This document shows positions 49,297 through 62,736 of a DNA stretch of 64,000 nt, piece after piece. The notes beneath the pieces were generated by a model. It saw nothing but the letters and a program-made list of their open reading frames with translations, made no database searches and was not told the DNA's origin. The DNA is taken from contig JBAZLE010000001.1 of the NCBI GenBank assembly GCA_041650455.1, positions 157 to 64,156 of the forward strand, given 5' to 3'. The position numbers were made by a program, and so were the translations under genes. The DNA is from Thermoplasmatota archaeon. Lineage in GTDB: Archaea > Thermoplasmatota > E2 > DHVEG-1. Within the stretch, counting starts at the first letter, position 1; each line of letters opens with the position of its first letter.

Positions 49297-49496
49297 CATA
49301 GTTGGATGTTACTCGTTTTTTATTCAATCTAAAATGATTCTCTCTCATATGCTGACGTGTATTCAAAGGAAAATAAGGAGGGGGATGCATTAAAAGTGGG
49401 AATTTTTTCTTTTTCATCGATTCCCTCTGGAAAACGCCGATAGTTATATATATTTGAATTAATATACTAATACAGTTAATTGAAAAGGAGGAATAC

Positions 49497-50921
49497 ATGA
49501 AGAAAATATTATGCGTAGCAATTTGTATGCTGATGTGCGTTACCACCGGAGTGGTAGCTGGGACCGAAACACAAGATGCAAATCCTGACCCGCAAGTTCT
49601 TGTACAGAGCACAACCCCGAACCGAGATATGTGGGATGTCCAATTTAACTACCCGGTGGGTGTCGACACAGGTTCTCTCTATCTGGGTGGTTGCGGATTT
49701 GACGGGACGTACTTCTATGCCCCTGAGTGGAATTCTGCAACTATTTATCGATTTGATATAGACGGTACCTATCTTGATTCGTTTACCATCTCTGGAGTGT
49801 CTAGTCTAAGAGATCTCACCTATGATGGGACCTATTTTTATGGTGGTAATGCCGCTGGCTTGTTTTTATGGCAAATGGATTTCACGGCTCACACGCTTGT
49901 TTCCACCATTTCACTTCCTGTGGCAGCTCGATCCTGTGCCTATGATGCGGATAATGATGGTTTTTGGGTGAATGTCTGGAGTACTGATTTGATATTATAC
50001 AGTCGAGCGGGTGTGGAACTGGATAGAATCACCGCTCCCGAGAGTCTGTACGGATCTGAATGGGATGGTTGGACGAAAATTGATGGATACGAGGGCCCGT
50101 TCCTCTGGGTGTTCACCGGAACTTCTACTGGTGTGGATGGTATCGTAAAAGCATATGATATTCCAACCAAGGCGTTAACCACGACTTCCCATAATGTCGC
50201 TCAAGAACTCGGTGCTGGTATCGCAGGTGGGTTATTCGCTACTGAGCTATTTGAGACAGGGACTTTCACGTTAGGTGGTATCTGCCAAGGGTCTACCAAC
50301 GACTATATGTTTGGATATGAATTATGCACGACGAATGCACCCCCTGAGACTCCTGGTGCACCAACTGGACCAGCAAGCGGTACCATTGGCGTCTCCTACT
50401 CATTTAGCGCAACCACCACTGACCCTGAGGGAGAAAACGTCGCGTACATGTTCGACTGGGGCGATGGAACATTCAGCGATTGGACCGCATATGTTGCATC
50501 TGGTGCAGCTGGCTCAGCATCTCATTCCTACCCACTACCCGGGGATTACGTTATTAAAGCAAAAGCAAAGGATATCAACGGTGGAGAAAGCGACTGGTCT
50601 GATGGCCACACCATTACTATCCTTGACGCACCCCTTCCTAGGGTTGAATGGATTAAAGGCGGGTTATTCAAGGTGTCCGCATCCGTCACAAATATGGGTG
50701 GCGTCGCGGCAACGAATGTTCCTTGGACTATCTCACTGGCCGGTGGTGCCTTCATTGGAAAAGAAACCACGGGAACCATCGCAAGTATTGACCCAGGCGT
50801 TCGTGAGACCATCAAATCAAAATTCATCCTTGGATTCGGAGCAACAGTTATCACTGTCACGTTCGGAGACGATACGAAGACACAGGATGCACAGATTCTC
50901 CTCTTCTTCATTAAAATATAA
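49497..50921 (+). CDS. Secreted beta-propeller plus PKD domain protein
   Basis: AAGGAGG SD, signal peptide, FDGTYFY repeats, YMFDWGDG PKD motif. Confidence 0.8.
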   Translation: MKKILCVAICMLMCVTTGVVAGTETQDANPDPQVLVQSTTPNRDMWDVQFNYPVGVDTGSLYLGGCGFDGTYFYAPEWNSATIYRFDIDGTYLDSFTISGVSSLRDLTYDGTYFYGGNAAGLFLWQMDFTAHTLVSTISLPVAARSCAYDADNDGFWVNVWSTDLILYSRAGVELDRITAPESLYGSEWDGWTKIDGYEGPFLWVFTGTSTGVDGIVKAYDIPTKALTTTSHNVAQELGAGIAGGLFATELFETGTFTLGGICQGSTNDYMFGYELCTTNAPPETPGAPTGPASGTIGVSYSFSATTTDPEGENVAYMFDWGDGTFSDWTAYVASGAAGSASHSYPLPGDYVIKAKAKDINGGESDWSDGHTITILDAPLPRVEWIKGGLFKVSASVTNMGGVAATNVPWTISLAGGAFIGKETTGTIASIDPGVRETIKSKFILGFGATVITVTFGDDTKTQDAQILLFFIKI

Positions 50922-50956
50922 GTATAGAGTGAACGAGAGGAACTCTAGCACCTTCG

Positions 50957-50994
50957 AAGGGATTAGTCCCTTCCTCTTTTTTTCTTTTTATTTT
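50957..50994 (+). terminator. Hairpin plus U-tract terminator
   Basis: GAAGGGA-TTAG-TCCCTTC followed by T-runs. Confidence 0.6.
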
Positions 50995-51310
50995 CAATTC
51001 ATCAGATGAGAGATTATCCAGACGGAGTATAGAGAATTTGAAACCTTTAAGTTGATGCAAGACGATGGAGGTCAGGCACTTGAATGATTGAGGGTGGCGG
51101 TCTGGTGATAGGAACGATGTTGTGCTTCTTCTCTCACGTTTTCACGAATGCAAAGGAACGATGTCAAAGATTAACAATGTAAATGAGGGAATGGTAACTA
51201 CAATGGTTTTGGAGGAGGAAAAGAGGATACCAAAGGGATTGATGTCACCGATGAAGAAAACCTAAAATGATTTAAATCACCTACCGTATTCAGTTTTCCT
51301 GTTGATCGGG

Positions 51311-52936
51311 ATGGTTAATTATATTATCGTCACAGGCGGAGTCATTTCTGGGTTAGGAAAAGGAATCACAACCGCATCGATTGGAAAGATTCTAAAGAAT
51401 CACGGATATAAGGTCACCGCGATTAAAATCGACCCCTACATCAACTTTGATGCAGGAACCCTCCGACCAACGGAACACGGCGAGGTCTGGGTCACCGAAG
51501 ATGGTGGGGAAATCGACCAGGATCTTGGCCACTACGAACGCTTTTTGGACATCAACATTCCCAAGTGCAACAACATCACCACCGGTCAAGTCTACAGCGC
51601 GGTCATCGAAAAGGAACGAAACGCCAAATACCGTGGGAAAACCGTCCAACCAATCCCGCATGTTACCGATGAAATCAAACGACGGATTCGCGCACCAGGC
51701 GAAGAAACAAAAGTTGATTTCGTCCTCGTCGAAATCGGTGGAACGGTCGGTGACTACGAAAATGTCTTGTTCCTCGAGGCAGTCCGTCAGATGAAGCATG
51801 AGGGAGAAAAAGTCATATACATCCACGTCACGTATGTCCCAGTCCTCAAATCAGTTGGTGAGGCAAAAACCAAACCAACCCAACATTCCGTCAAACTCCT
51901 CCGTGAGATTGGTATCCAACCTGATTTCATCATTACCCGTTCTGAAAAACCACTCGATGATGTACGGAAGGAAAAAATCGCTTTGTTCTGTAACGTCTCC
52001 GGGGAAGACGTCATTTCAGATTCAAATATCGATAATGTCTACGGGGTTCCCTTGTTATTCGAGGAGCAAGACCTCTGTAAAAAAATTCTCAGAAAACTAG
52101 GATTACGGAAAGAAGAACATGATTTCAACACATGGAAAAATTACATCGCGAAAATCCGGAAATTAGACAAAAAGGTAAAAATCGGCATCGTCGGGAAATA
52201 TTTTGATATTGGAGCATTCAAGTTATCTGATTCGTATATCTCCGTTATCGAGGCAATCAAGCATGCCTCATGGAATAACAATGTCAAACCCGAGATCGAA
52301 TGGATCGACTCAAAAATCTTCGAAAAAAAGGTACGGAAGATCGTCAATCTGAAGAAATTCGATGCAATCATTGTCCCTGGTGGGTTTGGTCTCTCTGGTG
52401 TGGATGGGAAGATTGCAACCATTAAATATGCTCGAGAGAACAACATCCCCTATCTTGGGTTATGCCTTGGTATGCAACTAGCGGTGGTAGAATATGCACG
52501 AAACGTCTGCGGGTTGAAAGATGCGAATACCACAGAGGTGGAAAAAAACACATCACATCCCGTAATTGATTTCATCCCTGATCAAGTCAAAATCGTCACA
52601 GAATCAAGGTATGGTGCAACCATGCGACTTGGTGCGTATCCAGCGATTCTCTCTGAAGGATCCGTCATCCGAAAATTATATAACGATACACATAAGGTCT
52701 ATGAACGTCACCGACATCGCTTCGAAGTCAATCCTAAATATATAGAAATACTTGAGAACAAAGGCTTGGTGTTCTCTGGGCGTTCCCCTGATGGGATCCT
52801 TATGGAGTTTATGGAGTTACCCAGTCATCCCTATTTTATCGCAACCCAGGCACACCCCGAGTTCAAATCGCGACCGATGAAACCTGCACCTCTCTTCGAT
52901 GGGCTGATCAAAGCAGCCAAGAAAAAGAAAGAATAA
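51311..52936 (+). CDS. pyrG: CTP synthase
   Basis: TGGVISGLGKG, KTKPTQHSV, GLCLGMQ, RHRHRFE, QAHPEF. Confidence 0.98.
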   Translation: MVNYIIVTGGVISGLGKGITTASIGKILKNHGYKVTAIKIDPYINFDAGTLRPTEHGEVWVTEDGGEIDQDLGHYERFLDINIPKCNNITTGQVYSAVIEKERNAKYRGKTVQPIPHVTDEIKRRIRAPGEETKVDFVLVEIGGTVGDYENVLFLEAVRQMKHEGEKVIYIHVTYVPVLKSVGEAKTKPTQHSVKLLREIGIQPDFIITRSEKPLDDVRKEKIALFCNVSGEDVISDSNIDNVYGVPLLFEEQDLCKKILRKLGLRKEEHDFNTWKNYIAKIRKLDKKVKIGIVGKYFDIGAFKLSDSYISVIEAIKHASWNNNVKPEIEWIDSKIFEKKVRKIVNLKKFDAIIVPGGFGLSGVDGKIATIKYARENNIPYLGLCLGMQLAVVEYARNVCGLKDANTTEVEKNTSHPVIDFIPDQVKIVTESRYGATMRLGAYPAILSEGSVIRKLYNDTHKVYERHRHRFEVNPKYIEILENKGLVFSGRSPDGILMEFMELPSHPYFIATQAHPEFKSRPMKPAPLFDGLIKAAKKKKE

Positions 52937-52941
52937 CACCC

Positions 52942-53937
52942 TTACATTGTCTTCGGCTCAAAAATCGTTTTATGCAGCACCAGGTTACTTGCGAAAAACC
53001 ATATCGGAGGGATGAAGGCAACGAGGATGATGTACATATTCAACGAGCTTAACATAAGGGGGGTAGTCGCATACATGAAAATAACAATGATCCCAATCCA
53101 TCTCCTGATACGTGCCCGGTCGAAGGTTTTAATCGAAAACATTTTATGAATAGAAAAAAACGTAGCAATCGCAAGCAACACCAGTACTATTATCTGCCAG
53201 AGGTTGTACGATAATCCCAAAACAACAAAGGGGAGGAAAATCAAGCCGATCCGTAGGATTTCTATCAGATATCCTGTCGTTTTAAACGAGAGAGGTAAAG
53301 CAATAACGCCCGCCTGTATCTTTGCCCCGAGGCGTATCGCAACTGTGTTCGCACTCCCTGCTTTATCATGGTCGATATCCTTAACGGCACCATTTATCAT
53401 ATTCATGAAAAGAACCTGTATCCCTCCTATTAAGGCGACAATATAGGTTAACCCTGTCGGAGTACCGATTGTCCATGCTCCAAAGAGAATCAGGAAAAAA
53501 ATAGCACCGGCAAGCACAAGATCCATTCCCGGGTATTTCTTGCTCAGCACATCATAAAGAGTTGCTAAGAAATACGCGATAAGAAGAATGGAGGCAAGTA
53601 CAAGAAAAGTAAAAAACTCAGAGAAAAAAACAAAAGATAGGAGGAACGAACCAATCATACAAACAATTGCAAAAAGTACTGCACGCGTTCGGGTAAGACT
53701 TCCTCGGACTAACGGTCGAGCGAGCAGTTCTTTGGAGAGCTTATCGAGTCGAACGTCGATGACATCGTTAATCACAAATCCGTAAATATGGGCGAGACAT
53801 CCGATGATGAATAAAATACATAACTGCCAAAGAGGTAACGAGCCCACATCCCCCATAGACAACGCACCGAGAACAGGAGCAACAGCGGTAAGGCCCATGT
53901 TGAACAGACGTGTTATCTCAATGTAATCACGGAGCAT
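52942..53937 (-). CDS. UbiA-family prenyltransferase
   Basis: NDVIDVRLD..RPLVRG and KDIDHD Asp-rich motifs; multi-TM. Confidence 0.85.
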   Translation of the reverse strand: MLRDYIEITRLFNMGLTAVAPVLGALSMGDVGSLPLWQLCILFIIGCLAHIYGFVINDVIDVRLDKLSKELLARPLVRGSLTRTRAVLFAIVCMIGSFLLSFVFFSEFFTFLVLASILLIAYFLATLYDVLSKKYPGMDLVLAGAIFFLILFGAWTIGTPTGLTYIVALIGGIQVLFMNMINGAVKDIDHDKAGSANTVAIRLGAKIQAGVIALPLSFKTTGYLIEILRIGLIFLPFVVLGLSYNLWQIIVLVLLAIATFFSIHKMFSIKTFDRARIRRWIGIIVIFMYATTPLMLSSLNMYIILVAFIPPIWFFASNLVLHKTIFEPKTM

Positions 53938-54022
53938 TAACACAGAAGTAAACCAGAGCCCCATAAAAAACCATCGGTGTCCTACCTATAGCTTTTTATA
54001 CCGATGTCTATTTTTTTCTTCT

Positions 54023-55039
54023 GTGCTAGAAAAACTTCGCTCGTTCGCAGACATCGGTCGGACGCAAGGGATTACCACATCGGCGTCCGTTGCGATAGTT
54101 GGTGCCTTAACCTCAACAATCTCCGTGGAATGGTACCATATCGTTTATTTAACGATCCTTTCGATTTTCGCCCACATGGTCTTAAACACCTATATTGCGT
54201 TAGGCGATGTCGAACTTGACGCACAAACGTATGTCCCATCCAGAAACCCGGTTATTAGTGGTCTTCTAACGAAAAGAGAAGCAATACTGTTTTTCTATAC
54301 TGGGACTATCGTTTGTCTACTGTTAATTGCACTTCTTTTATTCTCAATTGATTCTCTCTTTGTTCTCCTGTGCTTTCTATGCTCCATTCCTGCCTTTGGA
54401 TCTCTCATCTGGTATGGTTGGAAAGGGAAAAAAGTCATCATCTCTTATGATTTTACATTTTCAATTTCATATACCTTTTTTGTACTCTTCGGAGTATTCG
54501 CGGTAGGAGGGATGCCAACAACATATACCTGGATTTTCATTGGGGCTGTCATCTTTGCAGCTACCGCGTTTGCTCAATGGGAAAACGGTCTGAAGGACGT
54601 TGATGCAGACCGCAGTGTCGGAGTCAAGAGCTTTGCTGTTGTCACTGGTGTGAGAAACAATCAAAAACTTCATTTTACACACCCATACTTCCTCTATGGA
54701 TGTAGTTTAAAAATCGGATTCCTTCTCTGCGTTTTTCTCGGATATTGGTACTCGCGGGACATCAATTATCTGCTCTTCTTTTTAGTGTACGGAATTCCAT
54801 CCCAGATCTACATTATGTATCGATTTTTAGTAAAACAAAAACCACAAGACCACCGACGAACAATTCTTCTTGATGTGACCTTTACTGCAATCCTTGCGTA
54901 CTCAACCATCTACGGGTACACCGGAATCGTGCCTATTGTCTTACTGATTATCTACCTCATTGGGGGATACCTGATTGGATCTTTGATACAATCAAATTGT
55001 GAATTTAAATTTGGAAGATTCTCTGTTTTACGGAAATAA
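54023..55039 (+). CDS. UbiA-family prenyltransferase (divergent)
   Basis: NTYIALGDVELD..NPVISG and NGLKDVDAD; multi-TM. Confidence 0.75.
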   Translation: MLEKLRSFADIGRTQGITTSASVAIVGALTSTISVEWYHIVYLTILSIFAHMVLNTYIALGDVELDAQTYVPSRNPVISGLLTKREAILFFYTGTIVCLLLIALLLFSIDSLFVLLCFLCSIPAFGSLIWYGWKGKKVIISYDFTFSISYTFFVLFGVFAVGGMPTTYTWIFIGAVIFAATAFAQWENGLKDVDADRSVGVKSFAVVTGVRNNQKLHFTHPYFLYGCSLKIGFLLCVFLGYWYSRDINYLLFFLVYGIPSQIYIMYRFLVKQKPQDHRRTILLDVTFTAILAYSTIYGYTGIVPIVLLIIYLIGGYLIGSLIQSNCEFKFGRFSVLRK

Positions 55040-55057
55040 AAAAAAACAGACCCTTAT

Positions 55058-57255
<2,198 letters not shown>

Positions 57256-57330
57256 ACAAACACATCTGAGAATCAATCTGTTTAGGAGGTATTTTCCATA
57301 CGTCTTTAAACGTTTCTGATATAGGCTAGT

Positions 57331-60300
57331 TTACTTCTGTTTTCCAGGTTTTAGGATGATCGCATGACCTGATCGTCCATCTAACTTGACGTGTAACGGC
57401 GCGGGGAGATGCACATGATCCACATAATTCAATTTTCTCATCACACGCTGTTTCTCGAGCCATTCGCAATCGATAAAACAACTGTCTGAGTTCAAAGGGA
57501 TATCAATATAACCAATCCCATGGCTGATCATGTTCTGGAAGAAGTGGGTTCCTTGTGATGGTTTAATGTTGAAATTCTCAAGAGCAGTTTCAATGATAAC
57601 CCGTGCACCGGAGATTTGTCCCCAGCGGACGGGAATCCCCAGCCATCGATCCTGTGTACCCCATCTGCCAGGTCCCATGAGAACATAGGGAGAGGCAGAT
57701 GCAAGGAGCGTTTTGTTAATCTTCCCAATTTCTTCAGCAATTTCGACGGTTTTTGAAGAATCGAAACGATCAGAGGGAACATACACAATATCTTGGATCG
57801 TATGAATCAATCCATTGCCTAATGCTCGATTGGAGCGGATGAAGATTTCTTTTTTTGCTATATTACTGTCCCACCCGATATCAAGCGGTTCTATGGAAAC
57901 GACAAATGGTCGAATCTGGAGGATCGCAAAGGTGGGCGAGGTGCGGGTTTGTGGATCGATATTCACTGCAAATTCAAATTCTACGGGACAGCCCATCCCT
58001 TTCTGACCAAGCAGTAACAGGTCTTTTAGGATCGGTGCGAGGGGAAATGCATCATATTTCAGTATTCCTGCAAACGTGATTAAGGGGGGTCCTGTTTCCG
58101 CTAAACCATCCCGAATGACACCATCGTTTCGATCATAGCTACTTGCCACAAGGTCAAGGGATCCATCGTTTCTAATATCGCTTGTTTGCAGTTTAATGAT
58201 AGGAGTGTTATGAGGGTCTAGAAGCTGGAAGTCTCTATTGTTCATGTTTAACACATACAGCTCTCGCTGTGTATGTTCAAGGACCAACTCTGGTGAGGAA
58301 AAATCAGGAGTGATCCCTGGAAAGCTAGGGCAGAACCGGAACACCTTCTCCCCGCCCACCACTGCTTTTCCAAGGCCCACCGCAATATTTACAATTCCCT
58401 CCTCGGGAGTCTGGTGAGCGATCGGATAGAAATTATAGGATTTTGCAACCCCGGAAAACGTAGGATAATATCTTCCATCGTATTCACTTCCGACAAGCTC
58501 TTGGATGATAACCGCCATTTTTTCCTCTTCGATCTTCAGGGAAAGGGATTCTGCATACGCCTTAGGCTCTCTGAAAAACACAGACGCGTAGACAAGTTTA
58601 ATGGCTTGGCAGAGTTGATTTAACCGCTCTTCATCCTCCTCATGGTTGTTCGGCAATAGATGTGTTGAGTACAACCCTGCAAATGGATGATTTTGATAAT
58701 CCTCTAGCAGGCTTGACGATCGCACAGCAAGTGGCGTTCGGAAATGTTGTAAAATCACGTTTAGTTTTTGTTTTAACTCACCGCAGATATCACATTCGAG
58801 GAACGCATGCGCAATCTCTACATCGGTGCGCTGTTCATTTTTGAAAAAACGATGTAGGTTATGATCTGAGACAAAACGATCGAATTCAAGAGTCCCGATC
58901 ACCACGGTGTTCGGTACTTTGATTTTAACATTTTTATATTTTTCTTCTAATTTGTAATGCGTCAAAAGTGATCGCATGAAGGCAAGACCTCGTCCTTTTC
59001 CTCCCAGGGAATCTCCTCGTAATCGTGTAAAGGAGGAGTCAAACTCAAATTTTTGTTCATTGAAGTCAGTAATAATCCCTTGTTGTTTGCTTTTTCGCGC
59101 CTTGTTAAACACTGAAATGAGATACTCTCTAGCTGCATCCAGATTCGAAAAATCAGATACTTTTTTCGGTCGCAATTCTTTCGCTAAATCAAATTCACAG
59201 CGCGCCATGAGCCAATTGGAGAAATGATTTCGTTCGGAATGATAGATGATGGATTCCATCGGTATTCTCTGGAGTGCTTCTTCAAATTCTCGCATGTTTG
59301 AGGCCCGATCAATCTCTGTCGTCTGCACATGTTGCCTCTCAGACCCTGTCAACATCGGTTTCTTTTTCTGTATTTTATTCTCCTTAGGCAACAAAAACAA
59401 GAAATCACCAAAACCAAGATGGTTCACGAGGAAATGCTGGAAGTCGAGTACCAACGTAGGGGATTTCTTATGTAAAAAATAAGCATCTAATAGATCTGCT
59501 TTTTCTCTGTTAGCCAAATCGGTGGATTGCATCATGATGGGAAGATGAATCGACTCTTGTCGTATCAATCGCACAAACTCAAATCCTGCAGCATGATTCA
59601 CTCGCCCGTCCTTTTTAAACACAACATCTGAGAGAATTCCCAGGATGTAGTCCTTGTATTTTTTATAATAATACATGGCTTCTTCAAATGTCTCCGCAAG
59701 CAGAATCTTTGGTCGTGCCCTGCGACGTAATTGTCGCTGCATCTCATTGAGATCCTCAGAAAGAGATCGTCGAGTCTGCTGGACGACTTCGGTATAGAGC
59801 ATCGGCAGGAACATTGAGTAATGATAGATAGAATCCTCAACCATGATCAGAACACGAACATTCCCATTGACTGTGTCATATCGAACGTTCACACTGTCCT
59901 CGACATATTTGATAATAGCAAGAAACAGGGTAGGGTCTCCAGTCCAAGCGAATATTTTATCAACCCCTTTTTTGACATCCTCGCGGTCCTGGAACTGGTT
60001 GATATCCGCTCGATCCGTAGCAAGTAAAACGATGGGTAACCCAGGATGCAGTTGCTTGATTTTTTTCCCAAACTCAAACGGGTCCATCCCAATGTTTTTT
60101 GCCATGGTGATAATCAAGTCGTATCGATGTTCTTTGAGTTTCTGTATCGCGTTTTTCCCTGAGAACACACGGGTCACTCGCGGAGGTTGGCTGAGCAGAA
60201 GATGCTGATATTGTCCGATGACGAGTTCTGCGATTAATCCTTCTTCCTCGATGGTAAAGGCATCATACAAGCTTGAGACAATAAGGATGTCTTTGACTCG

Positions 60301-60402
60301 AAACGGCATGAGAGCATGGTAGATCTGCGTGCCTAGGTCGTAGGTTCCTTCAAAATCGTCTTGTATCCGTGTACTGTGAAACCCTGTCTTTTCTACTTTC
60401 AT
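57331..60402 (-). CDS. Receiver-like plus PEP/pyruvate-binding (PPDK_N) domain protein
   Basis: LGGKGRGL, LAVRSSSLLED..FAGLY, EKMAVIIQE, GPGRWG, SQGTHFFQN. Confidence 0.85.
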   Translation of the reverse strand: MKVEKTGFHSTRIQDDFEGTYDLGTQIYHALMPFRVKDILIVSSLYDAFTIEEEGLIAELVIGQYQHLLLSQPPRVTRVFSGKNAIQKLKEHRYDLIITMAKNIGMDPFEFGKKIKQLHPGLPIVLLATDRADINQFQDREDVKKGVDKIFAWTGDPTLFLAIIKYVEDSVNVRYDTVNGNVRVLIMVEDSIYHYSMFLPMLYTEVVQQTRRSLSEDLNEMQRQLRRRARPKILLAETFEEAMYYYKKYKDYILGILSDVVFKKDGRVNHAAGFEFVRLIRQESIHLPIMMQSTDLANREKADLLDAYFLHKKSPTLVLDFQHFLVNHLGFGDFLFLLPKENKIQKKKPMLTGSERQHVQTTEIDRASNMREFEEALQRIPMESIIYHSERNHFSNWLMARCEFDLAKELRPKKVSDFSNLDAAREYLISVFNKARKSKQQGIITDFNEQKFEFDSSFTRLRGDSLGGKGRGLAFMRSLLTHYKLEEKYKNVKIKVPNTVVIGTLEFDRFVSDHNLHRFFKNEQRTDVEIAHAFLECDICGELKQKLNVILQHFRTPLAVRSSSLLEDYQNHPFAGLYSTHLLPNNHEEDEERLNQLCQAIKLVYASVFFREPKAYAESLSLKIEEEKMAVIIQELVGSEYDGRYYPTFSGVAKSYNFYPIAHQTPEEGIVNIAVGLGKAVVGGEKVFRFCPSFPGITPDFSSPELVLEHTQRELYVLNMNNRDFQLLDPHNTPIIKLQTSDIRNDGSLDLVASSYDRNDGVIRDGLAETGPPLITFAGILKYDAFPLAPILKDLLLLGQKGMGCPVEFEFAVNIDPQTRTSPTFAILQIRPFVVSIEPLDIGWDSNIAKKEIFIRSNRALGNGLIHTIQDIVYVPSDRFDSSKTVEIAEEIGKINKTLLASASPYVLMGPGRWGTQDRWLGIPVRWGQISGARVIIETALENFNIKPSQGTHFFQNMISHGIGYIDIPLNSDSCFIDCEWLEKQRVMRKLNYVDHVHLPAPLHVKLDGRSGHAIILKPGKQK

Positions 60403-60599
60403 GTCGTCACATCAGAACGATAGATTTCCTACAATCAAACACCTAACACTATTAGAATTTTTTTATGGACATGGAATGGTCCTTTTTTATCTATCGGTAC
60501 CAAAAATTTTATTATGCTTCAACAGTTTGCAGGTTCCACTTCCGGAGATTGCAATTCTGATAATCTACACAATTTAAAATAAAAAAGGTTGCGACGTCT

Positions 60600-61088
60600 A
60601 TGACTATAAAAATCATTGTCACAGGTGGGACATTCGATAAAGAATACGATCCGTTAACCGGTCAATTATATTTCAAAGGAACCCATGTCATCGAGATGCT
60701 TCGACTTGGGAGATCGCGGATACCTGCTCAAATACAAAAAATAATGATGATGGATAGCCTTAGTATGACCGAAACCGACAGAAGACAAATCCTTGCTGAG
60801 TGTCAGAAGTCCACACAGGATAAAATCCTGATCACCCATGGGACGGATACCATGGTGGAGACCGCAAAACTCCTCGGTCAGCATATCAAAGATAAGACAA
60901 TCATTTTGACCGGTGCGATGATCCCCTATGCATTTGGCAGCTCTGATGGTCTCTTTAACTTAGGGAGTGCGTTAGCGTTTGTCCAAACACTCCCCGCTGG
61001 AGTGTACATCTCTATGAATGGGAAATACTTTCATTGGGATAACGTTCGAAAGAATAAGGAAGTCGGATTATTCGAACCAATCAAATAA
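60600..61088 (+). CDS. Short asparaginase N-terminal-domain protein
   Basis: TGGTFDK, ITHGTDTM, LTGAM; only 162 aa. Confidence 0.85.
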   Translation: MTIKIIVTGGTFDKEYDPLTGQLYFKGTHVIEMLRLGRSRIPAQIQKIMMMDSLSMTETDRRQILAECQKSTQDKILITHGTDTMVETAKLLGQHIKDKTIILTGAMIPYAFGSSDGLFNLGSALAFVQTLPAGVYISMNGKYFHWDNVRKNKEVGLFEPIK

Positions 61089-61207
61089 CCCTCGTGATGG
61101 TTTTTCCACCTTGATTTCTTTTCATAATCATCCATCTGTTCGAATCGATGTCTTCGATGGAATCGAAAGATGACAGAAAATAAAAAAAAAGAGTAGAATC
61201 GTGGTAC

Positions 61208-62545
61208 TTACACGATCCCTTGATCCAGCATTGCATCAGCGACTTTAACGAATCCTGCGATATTGGCTCCTTTGATATAATCGACCTTCTCGTTCGATAT
61301 TCTTCCGTATTTCACGCAGGCTTCATGGATGTTCTTCATGATTTGATGAAGGTGCTGGTCGACCTCTTCGGCGGTCCAGTTCATCCGCATGCTGTTCTGT
61401 GACATCTCAAGACCTGAGACGGCGACACCACCGGCATTCGCTGCTTTCCCTGGAGCATACATCATTTTCTCTGTGGCAAACTTTGCGGCATCAGCGGTAC
61501 AACCCATGTTCGAAACCTCCACGACAAGCATACAACCATTTTTTAACAATTGTTTCGCATCCGTCAGGTCCAATTCGTTCTGGGTCGCACAGGGCATAGC
61601 GATATCACATTTCACTTCCCATGGTCTTTTCCCTGCGTAAAAGGGAACTTTAAATTTCTTTGCATAATCCTCGACTCGATCGTTATTTGACGCACGCATC
61701 TCAAGCATATATTCGATTTTCTCTCCTGTAATCCCGTCTTTGTCATAGATGTATCCATCGGGGCCAGAAAGGGTCACAACCTTGCCGCCAAGTTCATTGA
61801 TCTTTAAGGCGCATCCCCAGGCGACGTTCCCGAATCCTGAGAGCGTCACGGTCTTTGCTTTGAAACTCTCGTTTTTCAATTTCAGCATCTCAGACGCAAA
61901 ATAGACAGCTCCATACCCGGTCGCCTCAGGGCGAATCAGACTACCGCCCCAATTTCTCCCCTTTCCAGTGAGCACACCGGTGAACTCATTTCGGAGTTTC
62001 TTATACATTCCGAACAAATATCCGATTTCCCTACCACCAACACCGATATCACCAGCGGGCACATCGGTATTCGGACCGACATGTCGGAATAATTCCATCA
62101 TAAAGGATTGACAAAACCGCATGATTTCCATGTCTGATTTTCCTCGGGCGTTGAAATCAGAGCCACCTTTTCCCCCGCCCATTGGCAGGGAAGTCAAACT
62201 GTTTTTGAAAATCTGTTCGAAACCAAGGAATTTTAAAATGCTTAAATTGACACTCGGATGGAATCGCAGACCGCCCTTATACGGTCCAATCGCGCTGTTA
62301 AACTCAACGCGGTATCCTCTGTTCACCTGGATTTCCCCTTTGTCATCGACCCAAGGGACACGGAACATGATCATACGCTCAGGTTCCACGAGACGTTCGA
62401 GGATTTTTGCTTTTTTATACTTCGGGTTTTTTTCGATAAATGGCATGACGCTTTCAGCGAATTCCTGAACCGCTTGATGAAATTCTTTTTCACCAGGGTT
62501 TTTTTCCATGACTTTTTCCATGAATGTTTTCACGTTTTCATCCAT
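61208..62545 (-). CDS. gdhA: NAD(P)-specific glutamate dehydrogenase
   Basis: GPYKGGLRFH, GGGKGG, DVPAGDIG, RPEATGYG, GFGNV; GGAGG SD. Confidence 0.97.
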   Translation of the reverse strand: MDENVKTFMEKVMEKNPGEKEFHQAVQEFAESVMPFIEKNPKYKKAKILERLVEPERMIMFRVPWVDDKGEIQVNRGYRVEFNSAIGPYKGGLRFHPSVNLSILKFLGFEQIFKNSLTSLPMGGGKGGSDFNARGKSDMEIMRFCQSFMMELFRHVGPNTDVPAGDIGVGGREIGYLFGMYKKLRNEFTGVLTGKGRNWGGSLIRPEATGYGAVYFASEMLKLKNESFKAKTVTLSGFGNVAWGCALKINELGGKVVTLSGPDGYIYDKDGITGEKIEYMLEMRASNNDRVEDYAKKFKVPFYAGKRPWEVKCDIAMPCATQNELDLTDAKQLLKNGCMLVVEVSNMGCTADAAKFATEKMMYAPGKAANAGGVAVSGLEMSQNSMRMNWTAEEVDQHLHQIMKNIHEACVKYGRISNEKVDYIKGANIAGFVKVADAMLDQGIV

Positions 62546-62736
62546 AAGGATAGCCTCCAACTGTTCGTGGTCCGTATCAGCCTCCATTATTAAAATCTAT
62601 GTATTGGGACGGGAAAAAAACAAGAAAAAATAAGGTGATTTACTGTTATGATGTATGGTTCCAATGTGTTCTTTTTTATCGTAAGGTATTAATAGAGATT
62701 ACAGATTCAAAATTCAACTATCGGGGGACAACTTAC

